Positions 50,732 to 60,832 are shown, counted from the first letter of the stretch. The stretch is 64,000 nt of DNA from Candidatus Jordarchaeia archaeon (GCA_029856435.1 JAHQXB010000075.1:1-64000), one strand, 5' to 3'. Notes: generated from the sequence alone by a model not told the origin. Numbers and translations: made by a program.

Positions 50732-51475
50732 GTGGGCAAAACGGTCACATTGGGAGTTTTAGGTTCAGTTTTGGGAGTAGAGGCAACCCTAGTAGGAATT
50801 GTTTGGAGCATCATTTACTACGATTTTGCAGGAATGTATGACCTCACAGTTCTCACCCAAAACCTTCCAATTATATTCCCGGGGATTCTTGAACACCCCT
50901 GTATTCCAGCCTCACTAAACGTCCACGTGGGAAACTTAAGGGGTGGTTTGGTGTGGCTTACCCTTATTCTATCTGTGGCTCTAGCCCCTCCCCTAATCTT
51001 AACAGGTATAGGACTCTATGGGCTAAGCGGTAGAGAGAAAAAGTTAGGAATAATAAGCACAGCGGTCGGAGCCACGACACCCCTCCCCACAGCAGCACTA
51101 CTACTTTCCGGAGTCGCTGCGGGTGGCAACACTCTAACATATACATCACTAATCTCCCCACAGCTTTTCGCACAGTACCCTACCCAATCCACCATACTCA
51201 TAAGTGGAGTGCCTAACATTAACACATCCTCATTATGGCTGGGCTTCGCAATGACAGGATTTACAGTAATCGTATTTGGAGCCACACTCATTCATTTAAG
51301 GAAAAGGCTGGAGGAGCCAGTACTAAGTTCAGCTTCAGGAGCATTAGCCATAATTGCGGGATTAACACTATTTGCAGGCTTACAATTCCTATGGGCAACA
51401 TTCGCAACACTTTCTTTAACTTTCCTACTGGCAAACCTTTTATTTTTCCAGCAACTCAAACAACCCAACCCTTGA
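50732..51475 (+). CDS. Hypothetical multi-pass membrane protein, paralog 2
   Basis: GIVWSIIYY, GIGLYGL, GVAAGG, ISGVPN, LWLG; colinear with 49307 ORF. Confidence 0.75.
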   Translation: MGKTVTLGVLGSVLGVEATLVGIVWSIIYYDFAGMYDLTVLTQNLPIIFPGILEHPCIPASLNVHVGNLRGGLVWLTLILSVALAPPLILTGIGLYGLSGREKKLGIISTAVGATTPLPTAALLLSGVAAGGNTLTYTSLISPQLFAQYPTQSTILISGVPNINTSSLWLGFAMTGFTVIVFGATLIHLRKRLEEPVLSSASGALAIIAGLTLFAGLQFLWATFATLSLTFLLANLLFFQQLKQPNP

Positions 51476-51705
51476 ACCAAGTTTCACATAGCACCACTTT
51501 AAACACTCTGCCACTCCAATTGTCTCAGAAAATAGAGTGACACCGAATTGTTTAGTTTCCCCAAAAAGGATTTAGAAAACATATCCCATTTATTAAACCC
51601 AAAAAAAGAGTAGAACCAAAAAATATACATGACCCAGATTGGAATCGAAAATTTTATGTTCAAAAGTTTCGAAAATATAATTAGAAATAAAGGATTTACA
51701 TTTGG

Positions 51706-52197
51706 TTGAGGAACAATATGGAAAGCGAAAAAAGTGAGGCACCACAACCAGCAGGTTTAATAATTGCTTTTATGGGTATACCAGTGGCAATCATATGGAG
51801 TCTATGGACCAACTTCTACATTCACTACCTTGAAGGCTACACATTAAATATGATGCTCTTTGCGGTTTTTCTACCCTATATGCTCCCCTACCTTAACACC
51901 AGTCTCTTCATAACACTTTTCGTCATCTTCCAACTCATACTATACATGTCCTCAAGAGAATTCATGATACTACTATGGTACTCAGGACTCGTAGTGGCAA
52001 TAATAATATTTTTATTAGTAGACATAATCCAGATACCCCTAGGAAACGAAACAGGACACAAAGTAATCTCCAAAGTATTTGCAGGCATAGGCATCGTTCT
52101 AATAGTCCTAATGCTCCTTGGACCGCAAATAGCCTTCTACACATTCATAGCCCGCATCCCCCTCTACATAGCCACAGCAATAATAATAAGAGGATAA
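51706..52197 (+). CDS. Hypothetical membrane protein (possible short paralog 3)
   Basis: About 4 TM segments; AIIWSLW motif; start probably ATG 51718. Confidence 0.6.
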   Translation: MRNNMESEKSEAPQPAGLIIAFMGIPVAIIWSLWTNFYIHYLEGYTLNMMLFAVFLPYMLPYLNTSLFITLFVIFQLILYMSSREFMILLWYSGLVVAIIIFLLVDIIQIPLGNETGHKVISKVFAGIGIVLIVLMLLGPQIAFYTFIARIPLYIATAIIIRG

Positions 52198-52876
52198 AAA
52201 ACTACTCCACCCCCACTTAACCCCACTTTTTCTATTTCACCCATTTGCCTCAATGAACTTTTTGTAATCTCAAAAAAGCATATTTGAAAAATTTTCAGAA
52301 AACCAAATAAAATTTTGGAAAACCCACCCAAGCTCCGCTTCTCAGACAAACCAACATACGCTTACGCATCACAGACAAAATATGAAAAACCTTGTTCACC
52401 CGCCTCTTAGTAGTGCTGTGGACGCTAGGGGAAGACCGATAAAGTTTTGGGGCTGTTGACCCCCTTTCAACAGCAATCCGTATACGCTTCCCGTATTAGG
52501 CACAAATATGAAAAATTTTTCATGGCAGATAAACCCATGTAACAAAACAAAAACTAAAAATGCACTCTCAAATTAAGCTACCCTCAAAAAAGAATAACAA
52601 AGCACTAAAAATCCCATCCCCCAACATTTAACACCCCCCTGCCATAAAACCCATGATCTTAAAGTCCATTTCCTCCAACAAAAGCACACCCCACAAAAAA
52701 CAGAAGAATAGAAAAAAGCAAACTAAAACAGAATGCACAAAAACAAACAAGACTACTAAAAAGGCTAATCAACCTCCCTTCAAACATTCCATCAAGAAAA
52801 AACCAAAAACCAAACCCCCCCAAGCAGAGAAAATATAAGACCTTCCCAAAATTTAAACAAAAAGTCTATCATACAT

Positions 52877-52984
52877 GGTGATGCAGAATCGTTCGATTTC
52901 GCCTCAAAAAGGGGTGTTTAATAGGGCTTCTTTCACGATTTGGAGCCTTAATAGGGAGATGGAATCGAATAAATCTACATCACC
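52877..52984 (+). mobile_element. MITE family A copy (108 bp, 10-bp TSD with 1 mismatch)
   Basis: TIR GGTGATGCAGA ... TCTACATCACC; TATCATACAT / TATCACACAT flanks. Confidence 0.9.
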
Positions 52985-53073
52985 TATCACACATAATAAA
53001 TACAAAGTAACCAAACCCTTCCAATTCCCACAAACTCCACACAAAAAAAGCCAAAATAAAAAAAAGAAAAGGA

Positions 53074-54417
53074 CTACTCCTTTGAGAGGTCAGTTATTCT
53101 CTGAATCTTGTGGAAAATCTTGGGAATCTCCTCCCAGGTAGCCCACTCAACCTCAGAATCCACACCCAAATCCTTCTTAATAGCCTCCTTCACACGACGG
53201 GTCAAATCACCCAAATCCTTGGTCAACTCCCGGTCATAGGCAACCTTCAACCTCAACTTATCCATCTTACCCCTCGTTTTAAACATGGTAAAGGAGCCTT
53301 CCCTCGTCTCCGGAAACTTCTCAAGCACCAAACGCACATCGTAGGGGTTAATCTTATGGCCCGCAATGTCAAAAACCCAACCAGTCCTCGAGAACACCCG
53401 AAGCCTAAGATGCGTCCTTCCACAGTCACACTCCCCCTCACTCATATAGGCAAAGTCCTCAGTAGCAAACCTTACATAGGGGTGACCAAGCACAAAAAGA
53501 TTCGTAACCAAGTATTCCCCTCTTTCCTCCGGACCCAAAGGCTCCCCAGTCTCCATATCAATAAGCTCAATGCAGTAGTAGTCATCCCAAACATGTTGAC
53601 CAAGATGCGCATAACAATCCGCAACCGGTAATAAACCGTCGCCAACGCCACCTGCATCCCACAGATCTTCTAAACCCCACATGTCAATCAAAGTCTTCCT
53701 CAGCTCCGGCGTCACCGGCTCACCCATTCCATCAAAAACATATTTGAGCGAAGAGAATACCTCCTTAGGCTTCACACCCAGCCTCTTACACAAATCATTC
53801 AAACCCAGCATCAAGTCAAGCACAATAACCCCAAAATCCGGCTTAAGCCTCACGATGGCGTTGTACATATGGGGTGCCGTCACAGGATGCGGAATACAGG
53901 CATTTATCCCCCAGGACAAACCCAACCTCTGAAAACCCATATTATAGGCGCAGGCGAACCAATGCCAGTTCATGGGATTGGCTATCATTTTCATTCCTGG
54001 TCTTAGTTTCATCATCCAGAGGTTTCTGAGGGCGACGTCACTCATGATTTTGAGGTCGTCTTGGGTGTAGGGCATAAATGTGGGGGTTCCTGTGGTTCCG
54101 GTTGAGGGGTGTATGCTTACTATGCGTTCGAGGGGGATTGTTAGGATTCCTGCGAATGGGTCTCCGGTTTTTTCGGTTTCGTGTCTCATGTCGTCTTTTC
54201 GGTAGTAGGGGATTTTTTTGAAGTCGTCTAGGGTTTTGATGTCTTCTGGTTTTATGTTTGCTTCGTTGTAGAGTTTGTGGTACCATTTGGAGTTGTGGTA
54301 GGCGTAGTTGATGAGGTATTTTATTTTTTTGAGTTGGATTTCTTTAAGTTGGTTTCGGGGCATGGTTTCTACTTGGGGGTTCCAATATTCGCTTTCTTTC
54401 ATTTTTTGTTCCTCCAC
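53074..54417 (-). CDS. paaK: Phenylacetate-CoA ligase family protein
   Basis: YWNPQVETM, P-loop STGTTGTP, GEP, VTNL..PYVRFATED, CDCGRT, C-terminal domain present. Confidence 0.85.
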   Translation of the reverse strand: MEEQKMKESEYWNPQVETMPRNQLKEIQLKKIKYLINYAYHNSKWYHKLYNEANIKPEDIKTLDDFKKIPYYRKDDMRHETEKTGDPFAGILTIPLERIVSIHPSTGTTGTPTFMPYTQDDLKIMSDVALRNLWMMKLRPGMKMIANPMNWHWFACAYNMGFQRLGLSWGINACIPHPVTAPHMYNAIVRLKPDFGVIVLDLMLGLNDLCKRLGVKPKEVFSSLKYVFDGMGEPVTPELRKTLIDMWGLEDLWDAGGVGDGLLPVADCYAHLGQHVWDDYYCIELIDMETGEPLGPEERGEYLVTNLFVLGHPYVRFATEDFAYMSEGECDCGRTHLRLRVFSRTGWVFDIAGHKINPYDVRLVLEKFPETREGSFTMFKTRGKMDKLRLKVAYDRELTKDLGDLTRRVKEAIKKDLGVDSEVEWATWEEIPKIFHKIQRITDLSKE

Positions 54418-54419
54418 TT

Positions 54420-55484
54420 TTAGTAGTCTGTGGGTATTATTCGGGCGTGTGTTCTTCCGCAGGGGCAGGTTTCTGTTTCTATTTTGCAGTCAATGGTGGT
54501 TTGGTATCTTATGAGGGGTACGGCTTCTGCGAATAGGTTTGTTATGGTGAGTTTTCCGGTGTTTCCTAGGGGTAGGGTTTTTCCGGTTTGGGGGTCGGTT
54601 GCTTCGACTAGGTACATGTCTTCCCAGACGTGTAGTCCTTTGTGTTGTGGGCAGTCCATGGCGTAGAAGAGGTTGTCTTGGATGTCTAGCATGGATTGGG
54701 TGCGTGCTTCCCATTCTTTTTGGGCGGTTTTTTTGTCTTCGGCTTTGGGTAGGGTTTTGCGGTCTCTGAATACTATTATTTTGTAGCCTAGGGAGGTTAT
54801 GGGGATTTTTTGTTTTTCGGCTTCCATTTTTACTCCTAGTAGTGCTAGGTGGGGGGCGATGACGGTGCTGGGTTTGAAGAATTTGGAGGTGAATAGTGCC
54901 CGGGGTGCGTCTGGTCCTACTTCTTCTGTGTGTAGTATTGTGCAGTTTAGTATGTCTCCTACTGATTGGTTTGTGTAGTTGTTGTAGACGGGGGAGAGGA
55001 AGGAGTTTATGGGGTTCCAGGACCAGGACATGTGTAGTATTCTGTCGTTTTTGTTTACTCCTATCATTACTAGTTGTCTGGTTAGGGTTTCGACGGCGAA
55101 TTGGGCGTCTTTGTAGTTTATGACTAGGTAGATGGGTTCTCCTTCTGGGGGGAATTCGGGTGAGAAGGCTATTAGGGGTTCGTTTCTGGTTTGGCAGAGT
55201 CTGCCGCCGTGGGGGTCTTTGGTTTCTTTTATTTTTTGTTGGATTTCTTCTCTGGTGGTTACGGGTATTTTGTCGAGGTCATTTTGTGCTTTTATGTCTT
55301 GGGGTTTGATTTTTGCCTGGTTGAATTTTTGGTGGTAGAATTCTGAGTTTTGGTAGACGTATTGTAGCTGTCTTTTTAGGTTGTTGAGTTGTAGTTTTTC
55401 GAGTTCTTTTCTGGGCATCATTTCCATTAGGGGGTTGTAGAAATTTGTGTTGTTTTTCAAGTTGAGAATTCCTCCACACCACAC
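54420..55484 (-). CDS. PaaK-like protein lacking P-loop and C-terminal domain
   Basis: FYNPLMEMM, ITNLFAEAVPLIRY, CPCGRTH then stop; P-loop replaced by SPEFPPEGEP; start may be TTG 55460. Confidence 0.75.
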   Translation of the reverse strand: MWCGGILNLKNNTNFYNPLMEMMPRKELEKLQLNNLKRQLQYVYQNSEFYHQKFNQAKIKPQDIKAQNDLDKIPVTTREEIQQKIKETKDPHGGRLCQTRNEPLIAFSPEFPPEGEPIYLVINYKDAQFAVETLTRQLVMIGVNKNDRILHMSWSWNPINSFLSPVYNNYTNQSVGDILNCTILHTEEVGPDAPRALFTSKFFKPSTVIAPHLALLGVKMEAEKQKIPITSLGYKIIVFRDRKTLPKAEDKKTAQKEWEARTQSMLDIQDNLFYAMDCPQHKGLHVWEDMYLVEATDPQTGKTLPLGNTGKLTITNLFAEAVPLIRYQTTIDCKIETETCPCGRTHARIIPTDY

Positions 55485-55892
55485 TTACCCTAAGTTTTAC
55501 TATTATTTGTATATAATGTTGTATATAAGTTTTTACTTCCATTTTTTGGACGCTACCTGCAGTAAGGGGATATAGAACAGTTTTTGGATTTTTTGGGAAA
55601 AATTGACTGAGTACTTTGCTTTTTGCTTCTGGTGTATTTTTCGCCTATTTTCTTGTTGGGTTGGTTTTTGTGTGGAGAAACCTTTTTTGGTCACTTGCTT
55701 GTGGAGAGAAGGGGGGACTTTGTGTGGATGAAGCAGGGGTATTAGATGTAGTGGTTGTGAGAGGTTCTTCCTGAACTAGGAGGGCTATGGGGGAACGATG
55801 AAAGATTATTGGGTGGTGTGGTCGCTGTTTACTTTTGTTTTTCCTTTATGGTAAAGTTTTTTTAAGAGTTCTGCGATTGACCGAGTAGTGGG

Positions 55893-58421
55893 GTGATTGC
55901 ATTAATTGGATGGGTTGAACTTTATTTGAGGGATAAGTGTTTTGTGGGATGTTTTGCGGGGATTCTTCTGTCTTTGGTGGGTTTATCTTTGGGTGAGTGG
56001 CGGCTTTTGTCTTGGACTTTTCTTGGAGGTGCTCCTGTTTCTGTGTCGGTCAGTGGGCAGGTGGTTTGGACTTTTGGGTTTCTGGTTTTCATTGTTGGCG
56101 ATGTCTGCTTCTTTGCCTCGTTTATGCTTATGATTGGAAAATTGAGAATGAGGGAAGCATGGACAATATATATTGTTAAAACTGTGTTTTTCTTGGTTGC
56201 TTGTGTGGCGGTGGTGCAGAGGAGTAGCGGCTACGTTGCCTTCAACACAGTTTTGCTTAATGGTTACTTTTATTTGGACAATGGGTATACGGGTATGGCT
56301 CAACTTACTGTTTTGGCCTCAATTTTTCTAACCCTGTCGTTAGTATTAACCGTGGATTTGTTTTTGAGGGGCAAGATGGTTGAAAGGCTCAGCGAGAAAT
56401 TTTATTTGGCATCGGGAACGGCAACCCTCGTCTTTGGATTGGTAATGATATTCTTGACCATACTTACTGTTCCATTTTATTCCTTTTACGCTGTTCCGGG
56501 GTTGGGCTACTTTTATAGTCAGGGCGTTTTGCTGGATATGATTGATTCGTTTGAGCTGGTGGGCGTCTACTTTGCTATTCTGGGATGTGTTGCCATATGC
56601 TTTAAGAAGAACCCTCCCCTCATTAGGGGATATCAACTTGTGGGAGGAACTATTCTTACACTGCTAGCTCTTCCATTAGTCTTTGTGCCCTTTCAAATAT
56701 GGGTGGAGCGATATATTTTGTATTCTCCAATTCTGGCTTCCTTGGATTTGGGGCGCATCCATGGTATTTTTCCTCTTAACTTCAATTTTTACACATTCGT
56801 CTCAATGACTCTTTTCACAGTAGGGGTAACTGTTTATATGCAGAACTCAAAGTCTAAAACAGTTGCCTTAATACTTTTCCTGATCTATATTTATTTTTAC
56901 CCTGGGCTATCCAGACTTGCGCTATCCAACTATTACATTCCCACTCCCACCCCAACAGTTCCCATACTGGTTTATTTGGGCTTAGCGGTAGTGGCGACTG
57001 TGGTGTCGATGCCTCTGGTCGCCAAGAAGTCTGGCTGGGACATAGTGCACACTTTAAGGGGAATAATTAAGCCCTCTGCAAGAACCATGGTGCTTTTGCT
57101 GGTAATATTGGCTTTAATTGCGCCAATCCTAGTTCTGAATTGTGGGGTGAACTCTGCATCTTTGGCACCGGTGGGTGTAGCGTCGAAAAACTTGACTCCC
57201 CAAGACAGAATAGATCCCACCCTACTCAACCTAAACGAGGGCTTCCCTCAGAGTGTTCCAGTTATACTGAGGTTTAAAACCTCACCGCTGGGCTCCGTGT
57301 CACAACTAAAAAGCACCCCCTACAACGAATACTTCACTTTTGAGACACATAATGGTAAAGACGCTATTTATCATGAGAAGGCTTACTATGCGATTTACGG
57401 AAATGTTAGCGCTGATAATAACACGGATTTGAGGCAAAAATTGACTGCATTGGTTGCAGACTTTGATTTGGCTTATGTATTGTTTAGTGAGCAGCCGCTT
57501 GTTCCTCCAGACATTGATTCTCACTATTCGTATTATTTCTTTGTTGGAGCAGATATACTGAGGGCTTGGAACGTTACGGGGAAGGGTACTACGGTGGCGG
57601 TGGTTGATTCTGGGGTGAACGATTTTAGCAGTAATATAGTAGGCAGAGTTGTCTACCAAGTTAACTTTCTTACGGGGCAGGAGGGGGATCCAAGAATAGT
57701 GGGTGAATTGACTCCGGAAAGCCCCTTGAAGCATGGAACTGAGGTGGCTGAACTTGTGGCAGGCGTGAAGGGAATAGCGCCGGAGGCTAATATTATAGAT
57801 CTTAAGATTAAATCTGGGAGCGAGGAATCCTTCTACATGAACTGTGTTTATATGGCTGAGGCCATTGATTGGTGTGTGAGAAATAAGGATCGTTTTAACA
57901 TTACTGTGATTGCGCTGGCTTTGGGAAGCAGAGACCAAATTTATGGGTTCCTCACCAATGCGGTTGACAGGGCATTTCTTAGGGGTATAGTGGTAATTGT
58001 GGCTGGCGGGGGATACTTGGACTTCTCAAAAAACCGTATAGGCGGAATATTATTGCCGGGAATCGCAGACTGGGGAATAACCGTAGCAGCCACTATGGGT
58101 TTGGATGATGAGAGATGGTCTCCGGTAAGTCCAATTGGTCCCTCACCCCACTGGTATCTTCCAAAACCAGAACTAACCGGTCCCGGTCCCTACACTAGTG
58201 GCTCTGTACCTATGGTTGCGGGAATCACTCTTCTTTTGGCACAGCAATGCGACGAACAGGGGGTGCCGCCTATTCTTAAGGCTGCGGTTATTCGCTGGTC
58301 ACTGGTTGCTGGGGCTCAAGAGTATGATTTGGGCCCTCCGGGCTGGGACATATTTTACGGATTCGGGAGAGCCAACGCTTTGACCTCATTTCTATACTTG
58401 ACTAATTATCTTGAAATTTGA
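55893..58421 (+). CDS. Polytopic membrane protein fused to C-terminal S8 subtilisin-like protease
   Basis: About 11 hydrophobic segments (aa 1-415), then VAVVDSG, HGTEVAELVAG, TSGSVPMVAG, YGFGRANA. Confidence 0.8.
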   Translation: MIALIGWVELYLRDKCFVGCFAGILLSLVGLSLGEWRLLSWTFLGGAPVSVSVSGQVVWTFGFLVFIVGDVCFFASFMLMIGKLRMREAWTIYIVKTVFFLVACVAVVQRSSGYVAFNTVLLNGYFYLDNGYTGMAQLTVLASIFLTLSLVLTVDLFLRGKMVERLSEKFYLASGTATLVFGLVMIFLTILTVPFYSFYAVPGLGYFYSQGVLLDMIDSFELVGVYFAILGCVAICFKKNPPLIRGYQLVGGTILTLLALPLVFVPFQIWVERYILYSPILASLDLGRIHGIFPLNFNFYTFVSMTLFTVGVTVYMQNSKSKTVALILFLIYIYFYPGLSRLALSNYYIPTPTPTVPILVYLGLAVVATVVSMPLVAKKSGWDIVHTLRGIIKPSARTMVLLLVILALIAPILVLNCGVNSASLAPVGVASKNLTPQDRIDPTLLNLNEGFPQSVPVILRFKTSPLGSVSQLKSTPYNEYFTFETHNGKDAIYHEKAYYAIYGNVSADNNTDLRQKLTALVADFDLAYVLFSEQPLVPPDIDSHYSYYFFVGADILRAWNVTGKGTTVAVVDSGVNDFSSNIVGRVVYQVNFLTGQEGDPRIVGELTPESPLKHGTEVAELVAGVKGIAPEANIIDLKIKSGSEESFYMNCVYMAEAIDWCVRNKDRFNITVIALALGSRDQIYGFLTNAVDRAFLRGIVVIVAGGGYLDFSKNRIGGILLPGIADWGITVAATMGLDDERWSPVSPIGPSPHWYLPKPELTGPGPYTSGSVPMVAGITLLLAQQCDEQGVPPILKAAVIRWSLVAGAQEYDLGPPGWDIFYGFGRANALTSFLYLTNYLEI

Positions 58422-58454
58422 AGGTTCTTCTATTTCCCCCTTTTTTCTTCTTTT

Positions 58455-59642
58455 TTATTCTATTTTTTGGGGCCAGAATCTCTGTTGTGGGTCTACTTTT
58501 ACTGCTTCCTGCATTGCTAGGTCGAATATTTTTTGGGCTCTTTCAATGTTTCTGTGTGGTGGTTTTTCGCCCATGGCTAATTGCACTAGTTCCAGTATGT
58601 GGAAGATTGGGGTTTTCCCCTGGGTTAGGATTTTTGCTATGGAAAGCACCCATTGGCAACCCCCACAGTAGAGTGCCAGTGCGCTGGCTCCAGTGTTTTC
58701 GGCTTCCTTGTATCTCCTCACTGCTGCGTTTAATATGTCGTCCACACTGTGGCTTCCGGCGAAGGCGGCCATGCCGCAGCATAGAGCCTTGTCCCGGTTA
58801 TGCTCCATTTCTACAATGTTTGCTCCTAGGGTTTGGAGTATTTTTCTTGAGAGGTCGTAGTATTTGTTTCCGAAAGGTTTAGACTGGCAGTTGTCGTGTA
58901 TGGTCACTGTTCTGTTTAGCTTGATTTTTGCTTTAAGCTTTCCCTGTTCCAATTTTTCCCAGAGCCAGTCCAGCACGGGGATAACTTCGAAGTTAAATGT
59001 GGCCCCGAAGCGGGGATAGACGTTCTTGTACATGTTGCAGCCCGCTAGGCAGGGAATAATCATTTTCTTTACTCCGAGTTCTCGGAATTGCTTTTCAAGT
59101 TTTTTCGCAATCTGCTCGGATATTTCTAGCACTCCTATTCGGTACCATGGTTCTCCGCAGCATAGTTCCAGGGAACCCATAAAGGTTAGGCCTTCAAAAA
59201 TTTTGGAGAAACTTAGATAGGATAGGAAAATCATGTTGCACCCAGGATAAAATATTTCCTCGTGTTTCTCCAGTTTGGCCCAGGACTTGACGGTTTTGTT
59301 CTCGTCCTGGGGAAGTTGCTCCAATAATGCTGAGCCGAAGTTTGGGAACTGGTAGGGTAAGAAAAACTTCGCTGCCAAGGGCAGCCCCTTCTCTTTATAG
59401 CGCTCATACCACCGGTAAAGTATAAGTTCGTATGGGCGACTATTGCTTGGGCAGAAGTTGTTGCAGGACATGCAACTTGTGCATTTGGTTAATACTTCGG
59501 TTTCCTGTCCATCCACCAATTTTTTAAACTCTATCTTCGCCTTATCTATGGGCATTTCTAAAACTGGGCACTGGTTTAAACATAGACCGCACAGGTCACA
59601 TGAAGCCCTATCAAAAAAGTTGTACGAAACCAAGAAGGACAC
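58455..59642 (-). CDS. Fe-S oxidoreductase, HdrD/GlpC-like (paralog of 7208)
   Basis: CDLCGLCLNQCP, CTSCMSCNNFCP, YPGC..CCG..PCLAGC, HDNC..CCG..YCGGC. Confidence 0.85.
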   Translation of the reverse strand: MSFLVSYNFFDRASCDLCGLCLNQCPVLEMPIDKAKIEFKKLVDGQETEVLTKCTSCMSCNNFCPSNSRPYELILYRWYERYKEKGLPLAAKFFLPYQFPNFGSALLEQLPQDENKTVKSWAKLEKHEEIFYPGCNMIFLSYLSFSKIFEGLTFMGSLELCCGEPWYRIGVLEISEQIAKKLEKQFRELGVKKMIIPCLAGCNMYKNVYPRFGATFNFEVIPVLDWLWEKLEQGKLKAKIKLNRTVTIHDNCQSKPFGNKYYDLSRKILQTLGANIVEMEHNRDKALCCGMAAFAGSHSVDDILNAAVRRYKEAENTGASALALYCGGCQWVLSIAKILTQGKTPIFHILELVQLAMGEKPPHRNIERAQKIFDLAMQEAVKVDPQQRFWPQKIE

Positions 59643-59702
59643 CTCTCAATTTTTAAAGGCATTCATAGTTTTACCGGTATAAAAGTTTGATTATAACTTG
59701 CC

Positions 59703-59808
59703 GCAGTGTAGATTCGTTTGATTTCGACTTTGAAGGGAGCGTTTATAGGGCCTCTTTTCCGATTTAGAGCCGCGAAATGAGGGGTAGAATCGGGCTAATC
59801 TACACCAC
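59703..59808 (+). mobile_element. MITE family A, diverged copy
   Basis: GCAGTGTAGATT ... AATCTACACCAC; core GTTTATAGGGCCTCTTTTCCGATTTAGAGCC aligns with other A copies. Confidence 0.7.
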
Positions 59809-59929
59809 TTGTTGGCTTCAGCCAAGGAATGTGCCTTTTTAAAAGTAGAATTTTTTGGAAGCAGGAGAAATCTTAATTTGCCTTGAAATAAAAGTTTCTA
59901 GGAAGATGTGCTTGGTGTGGTGAGAACAT

Positions 59930-60832
59930 ATGTTAGATTCTGATTTTCAAATAAATGAGCACTGTTACCAGATAGATATTCAGCAGTGGATGGTTCCGAG
60001 AGTGGGAACATGCTACGTGGTTAAGAGTGATAAAATATTCTTAATTGATGCGGGAACCAGCCACACTACAGAGAAGGTTTTAAAGACCCTCGAAGAGTTC
60101 AAAATTAGGCCGGACTCCATAAATGCCATAGTTGTTACACATGAGCACTATGATCATGGTGCGGGGGTTGCGGGGCTTCTGGAAAGGATGCCCACCACCA
60201 TGGTTCTAGCCTCAGAAAAAACTGCGGAAATACTAAAAGACCCCAGTGACTTTCTTGAAATCTCAAAAAGGCATTATGGTGAAGCAGCGGGACTGGTAAG
60301 CCCATTCCCCCCGGTGAAAAATGTGGAGATAGTTGAGGAGGGAGATATAATCAATCTTGGTGGAGGAGTAAGCTTAGAGGTTGTGGCCCTTCCAGGACAC
60401 ACACCAGGGAGCATTGGATTTTTTGAGTCTAAAACCAAGACCTTTTTTGCGGGTGACGCCGTCTGCAATTATAACGCTCAGTACGAGTTTTACATGCCAC
60501 CCTCATTCCCCGAACTTTTCAATTACGAAGAATACCTAAAATCCTTGGACAAAATACTCAGCTACGACTTCAATTACCTGTGCATGGGACACTTTGGAAC
60601 CCAAACGCAGCCCAAAGCAAAACAGGTGGTGGAAAAGGCAGCAAAAACGGCCAAAGAGTGGAAGAAGATAATAGAGGACACCTATAGAAAAACAAAAAGC
60701 GAGGAAAAAGTATACCAAGAACTGCTAAAAAAATATGGAGACAACGAATACGTTAAAAACTTTCCAGAAATAATTCGAAAAAGCATCCTCAGCCAGCTAA
60801 TAAGAGGATACGTAATCTCACTGAAACTCTAA
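59930..60832 (+). CDS. MBL-fold metallo-hydrolase
   Basis: LIDAG, THEHYDHGAG, PGHTPG, FAGDA, MGHFG. Confidence 0.9.
   Translation: MLDSDFQINEHCYQIDIQQWMVPRVGTCYVVKSDKIFLIDAGTSHTTEKVLKTLEEFKIRPDSINAIVVTHEHYDHGAGVAGLLERMPTTMVLASEKTAEILKDPSDFLEISKRHYGEAAGLVSPFPPVKNVEIVEEGDIINLGGGVSLEVVALPGHTPGSIGFFESKTKTFFAGDAVCNYNAQYEFYMPPSFPELFNYEEYLKSLDKILSYDFNYLCMGHFGTQTQPKAKQVVEKAAKTAKEWKKIIEDTYRKTKSEEKVYQELLKKYGDNEYVKNFPEIIRKSILSQLIRGYVISLKL

Noticed and set aside
52452-52474. Hairpin GCTGTTGA-CCCCCTT-TCAACAGC as possible IS end or ncRNA
   Set aside because: Single occurrence, no partner end; could be a terminator-like or chance stem
52653-52838. Lys/Thr/Asn-rich 61-aa ORF
   Set aside because: Product of low-complexity A/C-rich DNA, not a credible gene
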